A stretch of DNA of 61,865 nt, filler included, from Chiloscyllium plagiosum (Eukaryota), in the NCBI RefSeq assembly GCF_004010195.1. It is 4 parts of one record of this genome, joined end to end, with 100 filler letters (N's around TTAATTAATTAA, not from the genome) between each part and the next. Parts side by side here need not be neighbours in the genome. Positions count along the whole stretch, not along the records: positions 1 to 15,862 come from NC_057717.1; 3 more parts are not named here. One strand, 5' to 3'. Below the pieces are notes generated by a model. The model searched no databases. It was not told where the DNA came from and was given only the letters and a program-made list of their open reading frames with translations. Positions 1 through 11,115 of this stretch are shown piece after piece (within the stretch, counting starts at the first letter, position 1; every line of letters begins with the position of its first letter). A program made the position numbers and the translations under genes.

Positions 1-562
1 GTGTTCCCCCACTGACGCCTCAGTCACCTGCCCTGCCTTATTTCCCAAGAGTAGTTCAAATTTTGCATCTTCTCTCACAGGTACATCCACATTCTAAACC
101 AGAAAATTTTCTTGTACACACTTAAAATATTCTTCTCCATCTAAACTTTTAACACTATGGTAGTCCCAGTCGATGTTTGGAAAGTTAAAATCCCCTACCA
201 TAGCTACGCTATTATTCTTACAGGTAGCTGAGTTCTCCTTCCAAGTTTGTTTCTTAATTTCTCTCTCACTGTTAGGGGGTCTATAACACCATCCCAGTAA
301 GGTGATCACCCCTTTCTTATTCCTCAGTTCAACTCTGGATGTATTTCTGGGAATATCTTCCCTCAGCACATCTGTAATGCTATCCCTTGTCAAAAATGCC
401 ACTCCCCCTCCTCTCTTGCCTCTCTTTCTATCTTTCCTGTAGCATTTGTGTCTTGGAACATTTAGCTGCCAGTCCTGCCCATCCCTGACCAATGTTTCTG
501 TAAATGCTATGATATCCCAGTCGCATATTCCTAACCATGCCCTGAGTTCATCTGCCTTCCCT
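1..562 (-). mobile_element. CR1-type LINE ORF2 endonuclease fragment (decayed, cut by gap)
   Basis: Translation GKADELRAWLGICDWDIIAFTET...KRGGGVAFL...CYRPPNS...MVGDFNFPNIDW carries the APE-endonuclease motifs typical of CR1 ORF2. Confidence 0.9.
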
Positions 563-1269
563 NNNNNNNNNNNNNNNNNNNNNNNNNNNNNNNNNNNNNN
601 NNNNNNNNNNNNNNNNNNNNNNNNNNNNNNNNNNNNNNNNNNNNNNNNNNNNNNNNNNNNNNNNNNNNNNNNNNNNNNNNNNNNNNNNNNNNNNNNNNNN
701 NNNNNNNNNNNNNNNNNNNNNNNNNNNNNNNNNNNNNNNNNNNNNNNNNNNNNNNNNNNNNNNNNNNNNNNNNNNNNNNNNNNNNNNNNNNNNNNNNNNN
801 NNNNNNNNNNNNNNNNNNNNNNNNNNNNNNNNNNNNNNNNNNNNNNNNNNNNNNNNNNNNNNNNNNNNNNNNNNNNNNNNNNNNNNNNNNNNNNNNNNNN
901 NNNNNNNNNNNNNNNNNNNNNNNNNNNNNNNNNNNNNNNNNNNNNNNNNNNNNNNNNNNNNNNNNNNNNNNNNNNNNNNNNNNNNNNNNNNNNNNNNNNN
1001 NNNNNNNNNNNNNNNNNNNNNNNNNNNNNNNNNNNNNNNNNNNNNNNNNNNNNNNNNNNNNNNNNNNNNNNNNNNNNNNNNNNNNNNNNNNNNNNNNNNN
1101 NNNNNNNNNNNNNNNNNNNNNNNNNNNNNNNNNNNNNNNNNNNNNNNNNNNNNNNNNNNNNNNNNNNNNNNNNNNNNNNNNNNNNNNNNNNNNNNNNNNN
1201 NNNNNNNNNNNNNNNNNNNNNNNNNNNNNNNNNNNNNNGCAATGCAGATCAACGAATACCATGTGACAA

Positions 1270-2240
1270 ATGATTCCAAGTGTGCGGGTCAGTGGGTACA
1301 GGATGATGGATTGAACGGGACACCGTAGGCAGTGAATACAATGATGATATGTTGATGGGACAGTGTAGTTCAGTGAGTACAGAAGTGATGGATGAAAGTG
1401 ACAGTGTAAGTCATTGAGTTCAGGGGTGTTCAGTAAACGGGGAATTATTCGTCAGTTAGTACAGAGTGAAGGGTGAATGAGACAGTGGAGTTCAGTGTGT
1501 ACAGGGATGAAAAGTAAACAGAGCATTAGAGGACAGTTAATGCAGCAGTGATGGATAAATGGAACAGTGTAGATCAGTGAATACAGTGGTGGTGAGTGAA
1601 TAGAATAGCACAGGTCAGTGAGTACAGCAGTAATTGTTGAACTGGACAATGTCGGTTGCTGAGGCCAAGGATGATAGATGAACAGCGCACTGTTGATCAA
1701 GGAGTACAGGGTTGAGGCATAAATGGGACAGTGTAAATCAGTGAGTACAGGACTGATGGTGAATGCGACAGTGTAGGTCAGTGAGTACAGGAGTGAATGC
1801 TGAACGGGACAGTGTAGACAAATGCCTATGGGGCGACCTTACTAGTTTAAAACCTCCCACGCAGTTCTAGCAAATTTCCCTGCAAGTATATTAGTCCGTT
1901 CCAATTGAATACGGGCTAATGGATAAAAGCAACAATGTAGGTGAGTGAGGACAGAAGTGAAGTATAAACAGGACAGTTTAGGTCAGTGAGTACAGGGGTA
2001 ATGGATAAGAAGAGCAGTGTTGGTCAGTGAACACAGAAGCGATTGGTGATCAGGAGTATAGGTACAAACTGATTATTTGGGTGGAGCACTGAGCGACAGT
2101 GTAGCTCAATGAGTACAGAGATAATCGATGAAAAGGATGGTGTACGTCATTGACTGCAGAGATGATAGGTGAAAGTGATTCGCTCTGAGTACACGGGACA
2201 TTCAGAAGGCTCGTGGATAACCAGAAGTTTAGTGAGTATG
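1270..2240. repeat. Degenerate ~40-bp minisatellite
   Basis: Recurrent unit ~GGGACAGTGTAGGTCAGTGAGTACAGGAGTGATGGATGAAC; GTGAGTACAG recurs at 1741 and 1781. Confidence 0.85.
1835..1908 (-). mobile_element. Tiny CR1 fragment (ORF1 3' end) interrupting the minisatellite
   Basis: ACTAGTTTAAAACCTCCCACGCAGTTCTAGCAAATTTCCCTGCAAGTATA is the approximate reverse complement of the CR1 ORF1 end at ~47088-47140 (TATATCTTGCCGGCCAGTTTTGCTCGG...GGAGGGTTTAAACTAG). Confidence 0.55.
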
Positions 2241-2727
2241 CAAAATGTGTCGTTGAGGCACTAATGTTAGAATAGTTGTGTATTGGATCTACCATAGAGA
2301 TGAATGAAAATTTCTGCAATGGAGAAGTTCAGACAAGGATGAATGTAGGAAGAAGTTGTTAGTCTTCATGATGTATATTCAATGTGGTCAGAAGATCAGC
2401 TCAGTGGAAAAGAGAGTATTGAGATACTGCAAAGACAGGTTCCTGCTCAGATATTCCAGAAGAGGATTGAAATCAATAAATAGGATTTGATCCATGATGC
2501 CACGATGAAGACTGATGATTTAGTCTTCTGTTGTTCAATAGCACACACACATTCAGGTATTTCCTGTGGAACATAGTCGCAGTTGGAAGCACAAAGGGAA
2601 ATGAATTTATCAAATGAGCATTAATCAACAATTTGATTGTTTTAAATTTATCAGAAAGTAATTTCATCACTTAGCCAACAGACAACGTTTACCCACAATG
2701 GTCACGTCAAAATTCATGGATGGCATA

Positions 2728-3200
2728 GTCTGAGTAATATGTAGAACACAACTCCTTCATTGTTTGTGAGTGTGTGGGGGGTGCGGCGGTGGGGTGTTCA
2801 GTCAGCTTGGTTAACACAGACCAGCGAAAACGAGAGGAATGCATGGAGTTCAGTTCCCTCATTGTCTCTGTGTGTGGGATTAAGTCAACTAGAGGAACAC
2901 AGACCAGGGACAATCTTAGTCATAAAGAGCGCACGGTTCTCTCACTGCATTTTTGTGTTTGGCTGAGTCAGCTGCTCCAGTACAGATCAGAGACAGTCTG
3001 AGTAATATATAGTACACGTCTCCCTCACTGTATCTATGTGTGGACTTCAGGCAGTTGACTTAACATAGACCCGAGGCAGACTTATTAACGAATAGAACAC
3101 AGATCCTTTACCGGCTCTGAGTGTAGGGCTTAGACAGCTGGGTAAATCTATACTAGTGACAAGCTTGGTAATATATAAAGGACTACTCCATCACTGTCTG
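2728..3200. repeat. Degenerate 83-bp tandem repeat (~5.5 copies)
   Basis: CACAGACCA-like anchor at 2815, 2898, 2981, 3064 and 3147, an exact 83-nt period. Confidence 0.8.
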
Positions 3201-3819
3201 CAAAATTCATATATCTTTTCTAAATTTCAAATGTGTAATTTTGGCAGAATAACCTGGATTAAGAAAGACCTTGGATAGTCTGAATCATGTACAAATCATA
3301 TTATCTGTATGTGGGTCGTTCATTCAGATGGGTTATTACAGACCAAAACATTGTGATTAATATCCAGAGCACAGCACAATCTTCGTCTCTGTGCATGGGG
3401 CTCAATGGGCTGCGTAAGCTCACTTCAGGGGCAGGCTGCAAACATGGTCTTGTAAGGTATGGAATTAGGATAGAGACGTCCATGTGCTACAACTTATCCA
3501 ATTAAAAGAGAAAGTGCCGTTCATCTATGGATAGGAAATGGGCGTGCAGGAGGATTGGCCGGGGAATCTTAGAGGGCTGACGAACACATTAAACACAATC
3601 GTGGGGAACCTAGTTTGATGGAAATAGTGTGCATTTCTGAACGCACACCAGCAGCTCTCCCCAACCCTGGACAGAAGGTACCATATTGGAAGAGATGCGA
3701 TGGAAATTGATAAACTGAGATACTGGGATGGAATCATCACAAGAAGCGGGCTGTGAGGATGTATAAAAACAACGTAGGTTGGTGTTGGTGGGTTTGAAGT
3801 AGATTTTGCTGACACCCAA

Positions 3820-5175
3820 TCTGCAGAAAGAGAAAGAGAGATTTTCGAGGAAAGGAAAGGACCAATCGCAAAATGATCAGATAAAGGTCAGATGGGAATT
3901 GAAATTTGAAGCAAATATCATATATGTTTTATCAATTCCAAATATGTGAGGGAAGCAACACCATTATCAGGGAAGGCGGCAGGAGCTCGAGAATTTAAAA
4001 TTCTGAAATTGACATCAAAGGAAGAAAATTCATCGATGTAAATGGGAACGGATCGACAAGGATAGAAACAGCACATCAGGTATGATGCAATAAGTTCCAC
4101 GAGGCAAGAACAGGCAGAACAATATGTTTGCAATCGCAGTCCTATTCATGCCTTTTGTAGGGTTTGGTGGCCTATTTACTTTGAAGAGTTGTGTAGTGGT
4201 GGTGATGAGGGTGGGTAGTTCGAAGGAATCCCCATTTAAGCTCAGTGATAGGTGTGAAAAAAATAGTTTGATGTCAGATGGTGGGGTGATCATCTAGGGG
4301 AAGATAGGAAGACGTGTCCGAGAACTGGCCCTCGGTTTCAACAAGTTAGAGCACATTTAACTTTGTCTACTCTGGTCACTCTCACAATGTGTTCTCCTCT
4401 GCATGGGTGAGACAAAGAAGAGACTTCCTGATTGTTTCACCAAACACCTACATTTTGGCCGTAAATAATGACCCTGAGCTTCCAGTTTCTTTCCACTTTA
4501 ACCCCATTGCCGTCTTCCCATTTCAGCAGTTCTATCCTAGACTTGCTGCGATGAACCAGGCAAGCTCAATGCAAGCTGCAGGAGAAAAACCTCATCTTCT
4601 TTCTCGGTATCTTACATCCTTCCAACTCAAAAATGTGATCGACAATTTCAGAATATAAACACCCACCTTCATGTCAATTACCCACTTCACACACTTGGAT
4701 CCCATTTTTTCAGGAGTGCAGAAGCACAGCTAGACGAAAGGGAGGACTGCAGTTGCTGGAAAAGAGAGTCAACATTAGAGTGGTGCTGGAAAAACACAGC
4801 AGGTAAGGCAGCATCCGAGGAGCAGCAAAATCGACGTTACGGACAGGAGAACTTCATCAGGAGAACAGCCACCCCATTTTCAATATATGAAAATAAGCAT
4901 TTTCCGCATATATTACCATAAGATTTACCTCGTACTCTGATTAACATCAGCAGTCACTTTGTTAGCCTTTCCCTTTGTATACCTCCCACTCTATCTCTTT
5001 CGACATCATTTCCATGTATTCTGTAAACTCTCCCAAACAATCCCACCCTACATTATCAGTAGAAATGGCATCATTTCCCAGCTGGTTTAAGTTATGTCAA
5101 AAAGGTCACTACTTTTTTTCACCAGACGCTGCCAGACCTATCTCATTTCTCCATTATTGTCTGTTTAGGTGTCAG
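3820..5175. mobile_element. Highly decayed Penelope-like element with inverted halves
   Basis: ATTCTGAAATTGACATC (~4000) is inverted relative to GATCGACAATTTCAGAAT (~4637); PLE-terminus-like GACGCTGCCAGACCT at ~5125. Confidence 0.4.
4740..4862 (-). mobile_element. Single PLE terminus (family A) with decayed hammerhead motif
   Basis: Reverse complement matches the 3' end of the PLE at 59105-59203 (CCTGATGAAG...CGTCGATTTTGCTGCTCCTCGGATGCTGCC...TTTCCAGCACCAC). Confidence 0.75.
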
Positions 5176-5398
5176 ATGGAAGTTCTGAAGATCAGCCGCA
5201 TCTGAAACAGCTCACGAACCGAGGAGACACTTCCTCATGTACCTTCTGTCCACAACAATGGGGAAGCCCAGTGCATCTGGATAAAAACCAAAACAGTGAA
5301 GTGGATGGTCCACTAGCATGTTGTAATGATGTCATCAGTATCACATTCGCAGTCTTCATCCAATTCGATTTACACCACGTGAGTGTAATATAAAATAT

Positions 5399-5830
5399 GT
5401 GAGCAGAATAAGACCACTTAACCCATCAAGCACGGTCGGCCATTCGATAACTGCTAATCGACTTCTAAAATCCATTCTCGTACCTTCCCCCTGTAACCCT
5501 CGACTTCGTTTCTACTCAGAGCTGAAAATGTGTTGCTGGAAATGCGCAGCAGGTCAGGCAGCATCCAAGAAGCAGGAGAATCGAAGTTTTGCGCATGAGC
5601 CCTTCTTCAGACTCATGCCTGAAACGTCGATTCTCCTGCTCGTTGGATGCTGCATGACCTGCTGCGCTTTTCCAGCAACACATTTTTCAGCTCTGATCTC
5701 CAGCATCTGCAGTCCTCACCTTTTCCTTTCTACTCAAGAAACTATCTGTGTCTGTCTTAATAGTATTCAACAAATTTGCCTCCGTAGCCCCCTGTGTCAC
5801 TGACGCACACCATATGGCCGTAGAAATTTC
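5399..5830 (-). mobile_element. Decayed CR1-type LINE 3' end, interrupted by a fold-back insertion
   Basis: Resembles the minus-strand LINE 3' ends elsewhere in the window (e.g. 49130-49380). Confidence 0.45.
5519..5726. mobile_element. Fold-back (palindromic) PLE-terminus mini-element, family A
   Basis: Inverted repeat 5518-5694 (AGAGCTGAAAATGTGTTGCTGG...CCAGCAACACATTTTTCAGCTCT); exact 10-bp TSD TTTCTACTCA at 5509-5518 and 5727-5736. Confidence 0.85.
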
Positions 5831-6330
5831 NNNNNNNNNNNNNNNNNNNNNNNNNNNNNNNNNNNNNNNNNNNNNNNNNNNNNNNNNNNNNNNNNNNNNN
5901 NNNNNNNNNNNNNNNNNNNNNNNNNNNNNNNNNNNNNNNNNNNNNNNNNNNNNNNNNNNNNNNNNNNNNNNNNNNNNNNNNNNNNNNNNNNNNNNNNNNN
6001 NNNNNNNNNNNNNNNNNNNNNNNNNNNNNNNNNNNNNNNNNNNNNNNNNNNNNNNNNNNNNNNNNNNNNNNNNNNNNNNNNNNNNNNNNNNNNNNNNNNN
6101 NNNNNNNNNNNNNNNNNNNNNNNNNNNNNNNNNNNNNNNNNNNNNNNNNNNNNNNNNNNNNNNNNNNNNNNNNNNNNNNNNNNNNNNNNNNNNNNNNNNN
6201 NNNNNNNNNNNNNNNNNNNNNNNNNNNNNNNNNNNNNNNNNNNNNNNNNNNNNNNNNNNNNNNNNNNNNNNNNNNNNNNNNNNNNNNNNNNNNNNNNNNN
6301 NNNNNNNNNNNNNNNNNNNNNNNNNNNNNN

Positions 6331-6730
6331 GACAATCGAATCTTCATGATCATAAAACATTTGCTGACTACCCTGATTAGCCTTGAACCACAAGTATGAG
6401 GCAATAATGTACGTACGACAATATTGTTTCCCAAGAATATCATTGGATTAACCTGCTCACCTTAACTTCACCTTAATACATTTCATTGGTTTTCCTTTAC
6501 AGTTAAGATCGTACTATCTCTTAAGAAACATATAAAATTGCTTATTGTTCAAATTCGGTTGCGCAGTTATCTCCATGGAGCACAGAAAGTGTTAACCTCT
6601 TTGTTGTGGGTCAAACATGTGACCGGCATTGTAATAAATTGTGAAACCTTGCTGAAGCAGACCACACTCCTAGTGATTCTTTTGACCGATTACAGAAACG
6701 AGAAGCCCCTCCCGGGGGTCTAGATCTTCA
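6331..6730 (+). mobile_element. 5' LTR of an ERV-like element (5' part lost in gap)
   Basis: TATAAA 6531-6536, AATAAA 6633-6638, terminal CA 6729-6730, followed 2 nt later by a PBS-like sequence. Confidence 0.6.
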
Positions 6731-6732
6731 TA

Positions 6733-6755
6733 TGGTGCCTTGCCTCGTGGATTCG
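6733..6755 (+). promoter_or_regulatory. Degenerate tRNA-His primer-binding site
   Basis: TGGTGCCTTGCCTCGTGGATTCG versus the tRNA-His complement TGGTGCCGTGACTCGGATTCG (2 substitutions, 2-nt insertion). Confidence 0.55.
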
Positions 6756-6987
6756 GGACGGACGGATCGTGGGCAGTGGTGTAAGAGCCTTGATTCCTCT
6801 GATATTGAATGCTGAGTAATTGGTCAGCCAGACGTGAATGTTTATATCAGTTTGGTTATCCTCTCATTCAAGTAGTGGCTGAACTGAAACCTCGCTGTCT
6901 ATTTTCTAATCCAGCCAGAAAGGATAGGGTCTTGGCAAGGATAGGGTCAGAGGGATCCTATAAAAAAGGGTAATGGTGGAAGAAGCG

Positions 6988-7290
6988 GGAGTTGGGAACT
7001 CCGTTTTTTAAAGAGATAGAATTCGAGGACGTTTTGAGTTGTGAATTCCGTTTTTAAAGATATAGAAGTCGGAGATTTCTGGAGTTGAGACGTCCGTTCT
7101 TTAAAGAGATGGAATCGCAGATTTCTGGAGTTGGAAACTCCATTTTTAAAGGGATAGAAGTCGAGAATTCCGGGATTGGGAACTCCGTTTTTTAAAGAGA
7201 TAGAAGTCGGAAACGTCTGGGGTTGGGAACTTCATTTTTAAAGAAATAGAAGTCAGCGACGTCTGAAGTTGGAAACTCTAGGTTTTAAAG
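6988..7290. repeat. ~46-bp tandem array (~6.5 copies) in the putative ERV leader
   Basis: Units GGAGTTGGGAACTCCGTTTTTTAAAGAGATAGAAGTCGGAGATTTCT start at ~6988, 7035, 7081, 7127, 7172, 7219 and 7265. Confidence 0.9.
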
Positions 7291-10044
7291 TGAAACGAAG
7301 GTCGTGAACCTTTGTGAGAGGCAACAACTCCACCTCAGATAGAGGATCTCAGGACAGATTTGAGAGACGGATCCGAATAGGGTGATTCAGTCGGATGGCA
7401 TTATTTGAATTGTCACTTACATTATTCTATGAGATGTGTGTGAGAAGTGTCTGGAGAAATCTGACAGTCTGTGGAAGCTTTTGGCGCCTTAACAAGGACA
7501 TTAAATGATGAGAAGGAGCTACTAGCTGGCCATAAAAGTATTCAATTGATTAAGTCAGCCTAGCAATTGATTTGGCAATTAATTAGACTGTGAGGACAAT
7601 ACTGTGACAAAAGTCACAAAAAATAAGTTTGCGCTTATGGCAGGATACTGCCACCAAATTAGGAATTGAATTAACTAATAATGGTACCATGAAATCTATT
7701 AAGGTCCTCTAAAATGAATGTCCTCGAGTTAAACATCAACGGAAACAAAAGCAAAAGGTACCAATGACTGGTAGTGAAATGTTCGATACTTGGCTACTCA
7801 TTAGTCTTGTTGTTTGTTGTACCTGTCGTATATGTTTGACTCGGCTTGTGTTGCTTTGCTGATTAGTTTTGTTATTCTGTTTGTTTGGTGTGCGTGTTGC
7901 GCGCGAGAGAGTGTGTGCGTGTGTGTGAGAAAGAGAGAGAGACAGGCAGACAGAGAGGGATAGAGAGAGACAGCAGGAGAGAGCCCTTCAGCTTGCAGAA
8001 AATGTAACCCTTTGTGATTCGGTTTGAATGCACATTTGTTTGTTTCTGAAATGTGGAGGGTGATTGCTGTTCTTGTCGTGTTTAAAAAGAGGAAAGCTGG
8101 CCAGGGACAACAAAATGCTCTTTGAAATGCTGATACAATTCTTGCTACTAGGCCATAAAATACTAGTTTGTGTACTCAACAGGGCCTGAAAGTTCTGCTG
8201 AAAACATCTTAGGATTTACAAAATTAGTCACACAGAATTTGCTTGCCCCAGGGTTATGACAACTGAAACTCCTTTTGATAAGCCCTGGACACACGCTGAG
8301 GTCCACGTCATGCTTCAAGATGCCCACGATGTATTTGAGTGCCCAACATTAGTTTTAATTGGCTAGTACAAATCTGCTGTAATTATACCTGCTTGCGTCA
8401 GGGCTTTAATGGATTTGGCATACAGGGCATATTGGACATATTGGACAATTGTTAAAGACGCAGTTGTATTTCACCTGGGTTGTGGGCGAACGCAGAGGCA
8501 TGAAATCTTATCTTGAAAATATTGTTAAAATTCCAAACGGAAATCCTGAGAGGTATTAAGATTTTGCACACTTGATTAACCAGTTATGTATCACAGTAAG
8601 GATTTATGAGAATAAACTCCCTAACTTTGAGTGTTCAGGAATGTGAGGGCCTCATTAACCTTAAAAGAACTGAATAAACAAAAGCTAAAAACTGAGATAT
8701 GAAGAAAGTTGGAAAATGTTCGTGTGTGAGAGAGAGAGAGAGGAGGAGAGAGAGAGAGACTGAGAGTTTGTAGAAAGTTTAACCCTTTGTGATTCGGTTT
8801 GAATGCACATGCGTTTGTTGGTGATTGAATGTTTGTGTTTTGTTGCCGAGAGTTCGAGATCTGGGACAGTTTTGAATCTGATCTGCATTTTAGAAATTTA
8901 ACATGATTTCTTTACATTTAAGGATCGTTCAATGATTATGAAATGAAGTATTGATTCCTGTTCTTCTTCCAAGCCATGACTCCCCTCCAGTCAGTTTGTA
9001 ACTAATCTCCTTCATCCCTACATGAAAACCAACCTTATTCAACTTCAACGATTGAACAATTTCAACAACTTACAAACAGGATTAAAACAAAAAAAAACAG
9101 AGAACTTAGATTCTACCAGGAATCAGAGCCTATATCTGGCATACCGACCCTATTTGAGGATGGGGATTTTTTTCCTATATACCCACTGAGCCCCTAACAA
9201 CTCCTGATTATCCACAGCACACCACCGACTTGTTACAAATCTTTCCTTCTTTTGAAACTGAGGTTTCCAGTCTTCTTAGCCGATATCACAGGGATAAGTG
9301 GTCTCTGCTTCCTAAACCGGGTCCCATCCTGTGAATTAGAGTTATGTTAATGAAGCATGCCCCTGACACAAAACAAAACTGGCTCAATTTGGTCGATATG
9401 TCCAAGGGTGACATGAATGTAAATGTAGTAAAATTCTGGAAGTAGCCTGAATACGCAAGGCTTGTGTTCCAAGACTGAAATGTGTCGCTATCTGTCTGAC
9501 AGAAGGGATCCACAATTGTCAATAACCAAGAAGCTCAATTACCTTTGTTTAACCCTATGCGTTTGCAACGTTTTTCGCCTAGAGTCACTGGCATGATCCA
9601 GACCATCGGTACAATGTAGTCCAGAAATTTCCAGTTGCAAATGAATGAGCAGTAATTTTCTATTGGGATGGCCAGAAAGGGACTGAACCAAGATGCAGGT
9701 TACACGTAAAACAGTTATGTCCAGCGCCCTCGCGATCGCAAATGCCGTATGCCAACCCTGAAAGGTTGATTGGAACCAGTATACCCACTGGGGGCGGAAT
9801 CTACCTCAGATGCCACCCGACGACCACTGTTGTGCCACCTTTTCCCGAGGGAACTCTGACAATGGGGCCAGGCCGGCCCCACCATTGCACCTTTGAGACT
9901 TGCAATAAAACAGCAAAATCCCCCAAGGACAAATGCCTGGCCCTTGCTTTAACTGTTGAAATGTGGCGAGTGGGGAGAGCTGTGTTTTTAATGTTACCTT
10001 GGAGCTGACGTGGAGAATCGACATGCTTTCATCCGAGCAAAATG

Positions 10045-11043
10045 AAAATCACCAAGTTCACCAAGGAGGAAGAAACCGGCAACAAACTCGCATTCCTGGA
10101 TGTCACAGTCGAAAGAAAGGACAACCGAAAACTACAAACCTGCGCATACAGAAAACCAACACTGACCAGATACTTAACTACACCAGCAACCATCTCAACA
10201 CACACAAACGAAGCTGTATCAGAACACTATTCCAACGAGCCTCCACACACTGAAGCACAGACGAACTACGCAAAACAGAGGAGAATCACCTAGACAACAT
10301 ATTCAAGAAGAAAGCATACTCAAAAAATACAGTGTGCAGATTCCTCAAGAACAAACCACGACACGCAGACCAAACACAGTCACAAACCCTAACCACCTTA
10401 CCATACATCAAAGAAGTTTTACAAATGACAGCGAGACTACTAAGTCCCCTCGGAATCCTAGTAGCACACAAACCCACCAACACTCAAACAAAAACTAACA
10501 AACTTAAATTACATCCCATGGACAAAACCAACGTTATCGACGAAATTCCAGGCAAGGACTGCCACAAACACTACGTAGGACAAACAGGAAGAAAGTTCGC
10601 CAAAAGGATAAATGAAAACCAGCTAGCCACAAAATGACACGACCCTCTCTCGCTTGTAGCCCGACACACGGATGAAAAAAGCCACCACTTCGACTGGGAC
10701 AACACATCTATCCTGGGACAGGCTAATCAAAGACATGCCAGAGAATTCCAAGAGGCCTGGCATTCCAACCACAACGCCATAGGCAAACACATAGATCTAG
10801 CTGCCATCTATCAACCCCTCAGAAAACGAACAGGAATTGACATCACCACAAACCCCAGGAACCCCATACAGGAGAAAGATATAAATAGAAACCAAGAGAC
10901 AACAGCTTGGCTTCACTTGAAGGTCGCCACTGATGATGTTACCTAGCCAGGTAACGAAATGTCTGGATATCAAACCTACAGCTTAGCGAGCAAACCTACA
11001 CCCTAAATCTCAGTCTGAGGTATAAACCTTCACAAACCTTGCA
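10045..11043 (+). mobile_element. 5'-truncated Penelope-like element (RT C-terminus + GIY-YIG endonuclease, frameshifted)
   Basis: KFTKEEETGNKLAFLDVTVERK...YRKPT; LPYIKEV; NVIDEIPGKDCHKHYVGQTGRKFAKRINE (GIY-YIG); hammerhead motif in the 3' terminus. Confidence 0.9.
10927..10966 (+). ncRNA. Minimal type I hammerhead ribozyme motif of PLE terminus
   Basis: CCA-CUGAUGA-U-GUUACCU(AGCC)AGGUAAC-GAAA-UGUC-UGG: 7-bp stem II, 3-bp stem I; stem III CGUC changed to UGUC. Confidence 0.75.
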
Positions 11044-11115
11044 CGATCTGAATATTCACTGTCTGCAATATTGTAAAATAGACACGTTCTAGAATATTAT
11101 AAAACAGACATTATA

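Larger units (their letters stand above)
6731..9990 (+). mobile_element. Decayed ERV-like internal region (leader plus possible gag remnant)
   Basis: Follows LTR+PBS; possible decayed zinc knuckle GPCFNC*NVASGESC at ~9939-9983; no intact ORF. Confidence 0.35.

Noticed and set aside
94..1279. Long ORFs of 170-380 aa here and at the other gaps
   Set aside because: Artefacts of translating N runs
6988..7290. CRISPR-like array
   Set aside because: Units are contiguous tandem repeats with no unique spacers, there are no cas genes, and the context is vertebrate
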